Notes under the pieces: model-generated | Database searches by the model: none | Told to the model about the DNA's origin: nothing | What the model saw: the letters and a program-made list of their open reading frames with translations, nothing else | DNA from: Anaeromyxobacteraceae bacterium | GTDB lineage: Bacteria; Myxococcota; Myxococcia; Myxococcales; Anaeromyxobacteraceae | DNA: 64,000 nucleotides | Assembly: GCA_047602405.1 (NCBI GenBank) | Contig: JASGHJ010000002.1 | Coordinates: 2,016,001-2,080,000 of the forward strand | Direction: 5' to 3' | Position numbers and translations under genes: made by a program | Shown: in pieces, positions 63,307 to 64,000 of the stretch | How the letters are laid out: the number at the start of each line of letters is the position of its first letter | How positions within the stretch are numbered: the first letter of the stretch is position 1

Positions 63307-64000
63307 TCAGGCGCCGATGCGGGTGACGAAGACCTTGACCGGGAAGACGCCGCGAAGCTTGTCGGCGTACTCCTGGATCGCCTTCCCGACCGCCTCGACG
63401 TAGAGCTTCTTCGTGATCTCGGCCTCGACCTGCTCGAACGGCTGCTGGCTCGGCGGGGTGACGTCGGCCACTCGGATGGCGAAGTGCTGGTCCTCCGTGG
63501 CGTAGAGCCGGACGTCGCCCGGCTTCGCGCCGTCGAGGAGCTTCCGGAGCTCGTCGGTCATGGCCTTCGCCGAGACGACCCCGTCGCTCAGTACAACCGT
63601 GGCCTTATTGGGATCGAGCTGCCGCTCGCTGTTCTGGCGCAGCCAGCGGACGTCGGTGCCCGCGCCGAGCTTCGCCACGGCCGCCTCCGCGTCCTTGCGA
63701 GCCCCGAACCCGACGGTCTCGAGCTTGTAGAAGACCGGGAAGGCGTAGTCGGCGAGGTGGGCGTCGTAGTGCTTGCGCGCCGCGCCCTCCTCGACCTTCA
63801 CCTCCGGCGCGATCATCTTCCGGAGGAAGTAGCCGAAGACGATCTGGTCCTCGTAGGCGGACCGCGCTCGTTTGTACTCGGCGGAGTCGACGATGCCGAG
63901 CTCCTTCGCGCGGATGGGGACGACCCGGAGCGACACGAGGGCGTCCATCGTGAGCTCCTTCAGGCGGTTGACCTTCTTCTCGCGGGCCCCCCGGTCCATG
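63307..64000 (-). CDS. C-terminal part of a SurA/PrsA-like (PpiC-type) peptidyl-prolyl isomerase chaperone; gene starts right of the window
   Basis: KHYDAHLADY, AEAAVAKL..G, KPGDV, PFEQVEAEITKKL, YADKLR...VKV. Confidence 0.75.
   Translation of the reverse strand, partial: MDRGAREKKVNRLKELTMDALVSLRVVPIRAKELGIVDSAEYKRARSAYEDQIVFGYFLRKMIAPEVKVEEGAARKHYDAHLADYAFPVFYKLETVGFGARKDAEAAVAKLGAGTDVRWLRQNSERQLDPNKATVVLSDGVVSAKAMTDELRKLLDGAKPGDVRLYATEDQHFAIRVADVTPPSQQPFEQVEAEITKKLYVEAVGKAIQEYADKLRGVFPVKVFVTRIGA

Overview
Very GC-rich (visually about 75%) bacterial chromosome segment. Gene content (MYXO-CTERM-like tails, an RpoH-family sigma factor, giant multiheme cytochromes, sigma-54 systems) points to an Anaeromyxobacter-like member of Myxococcota; this is an inference. 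Left to right: end of a PhoD-like gene; an M16 peptidase pair; thrS; a two-gene fused 2-oxoacid:ferredoxin oxidoreductase; a TetR-HlyD-2x ABC-2 permease-TolC operon with no ATPase; tRNA-Val(GAC); an LPP20/FlgT/FecR/PgsA operon; a glyoxalase pair; a four-gene cell-surface cluster (large outer-membrane barrel flanked by two MYXO-CTERM-like proteins) preceded by FecR, a HAMP kinase and a REC-GAF-PAS-HK-REC-REC-GGDEF hybrid; typA; an orphan rplC; an rpoH / NtrC / heme-c sensor kinase / hemA module with two sigma-54 promoters; a roughly 12 kb GT-C glycosylation cluster with three TMTC-like TPR proteins; and the tail of a cytochrome operon (PPIase, 26-heme, 16-heme, NHL protein) resembling the Geobacter omcS-companion region. 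There is also a dispersed nested-palindrome repeat family. Eight single-base frameshifts look like sequencing errors. No CRISPR array, integrase or transposase was seen. Most long ORFs in the supplied track are GC-rich shadow frames. All assignments are by motif recognition; no searches were run.
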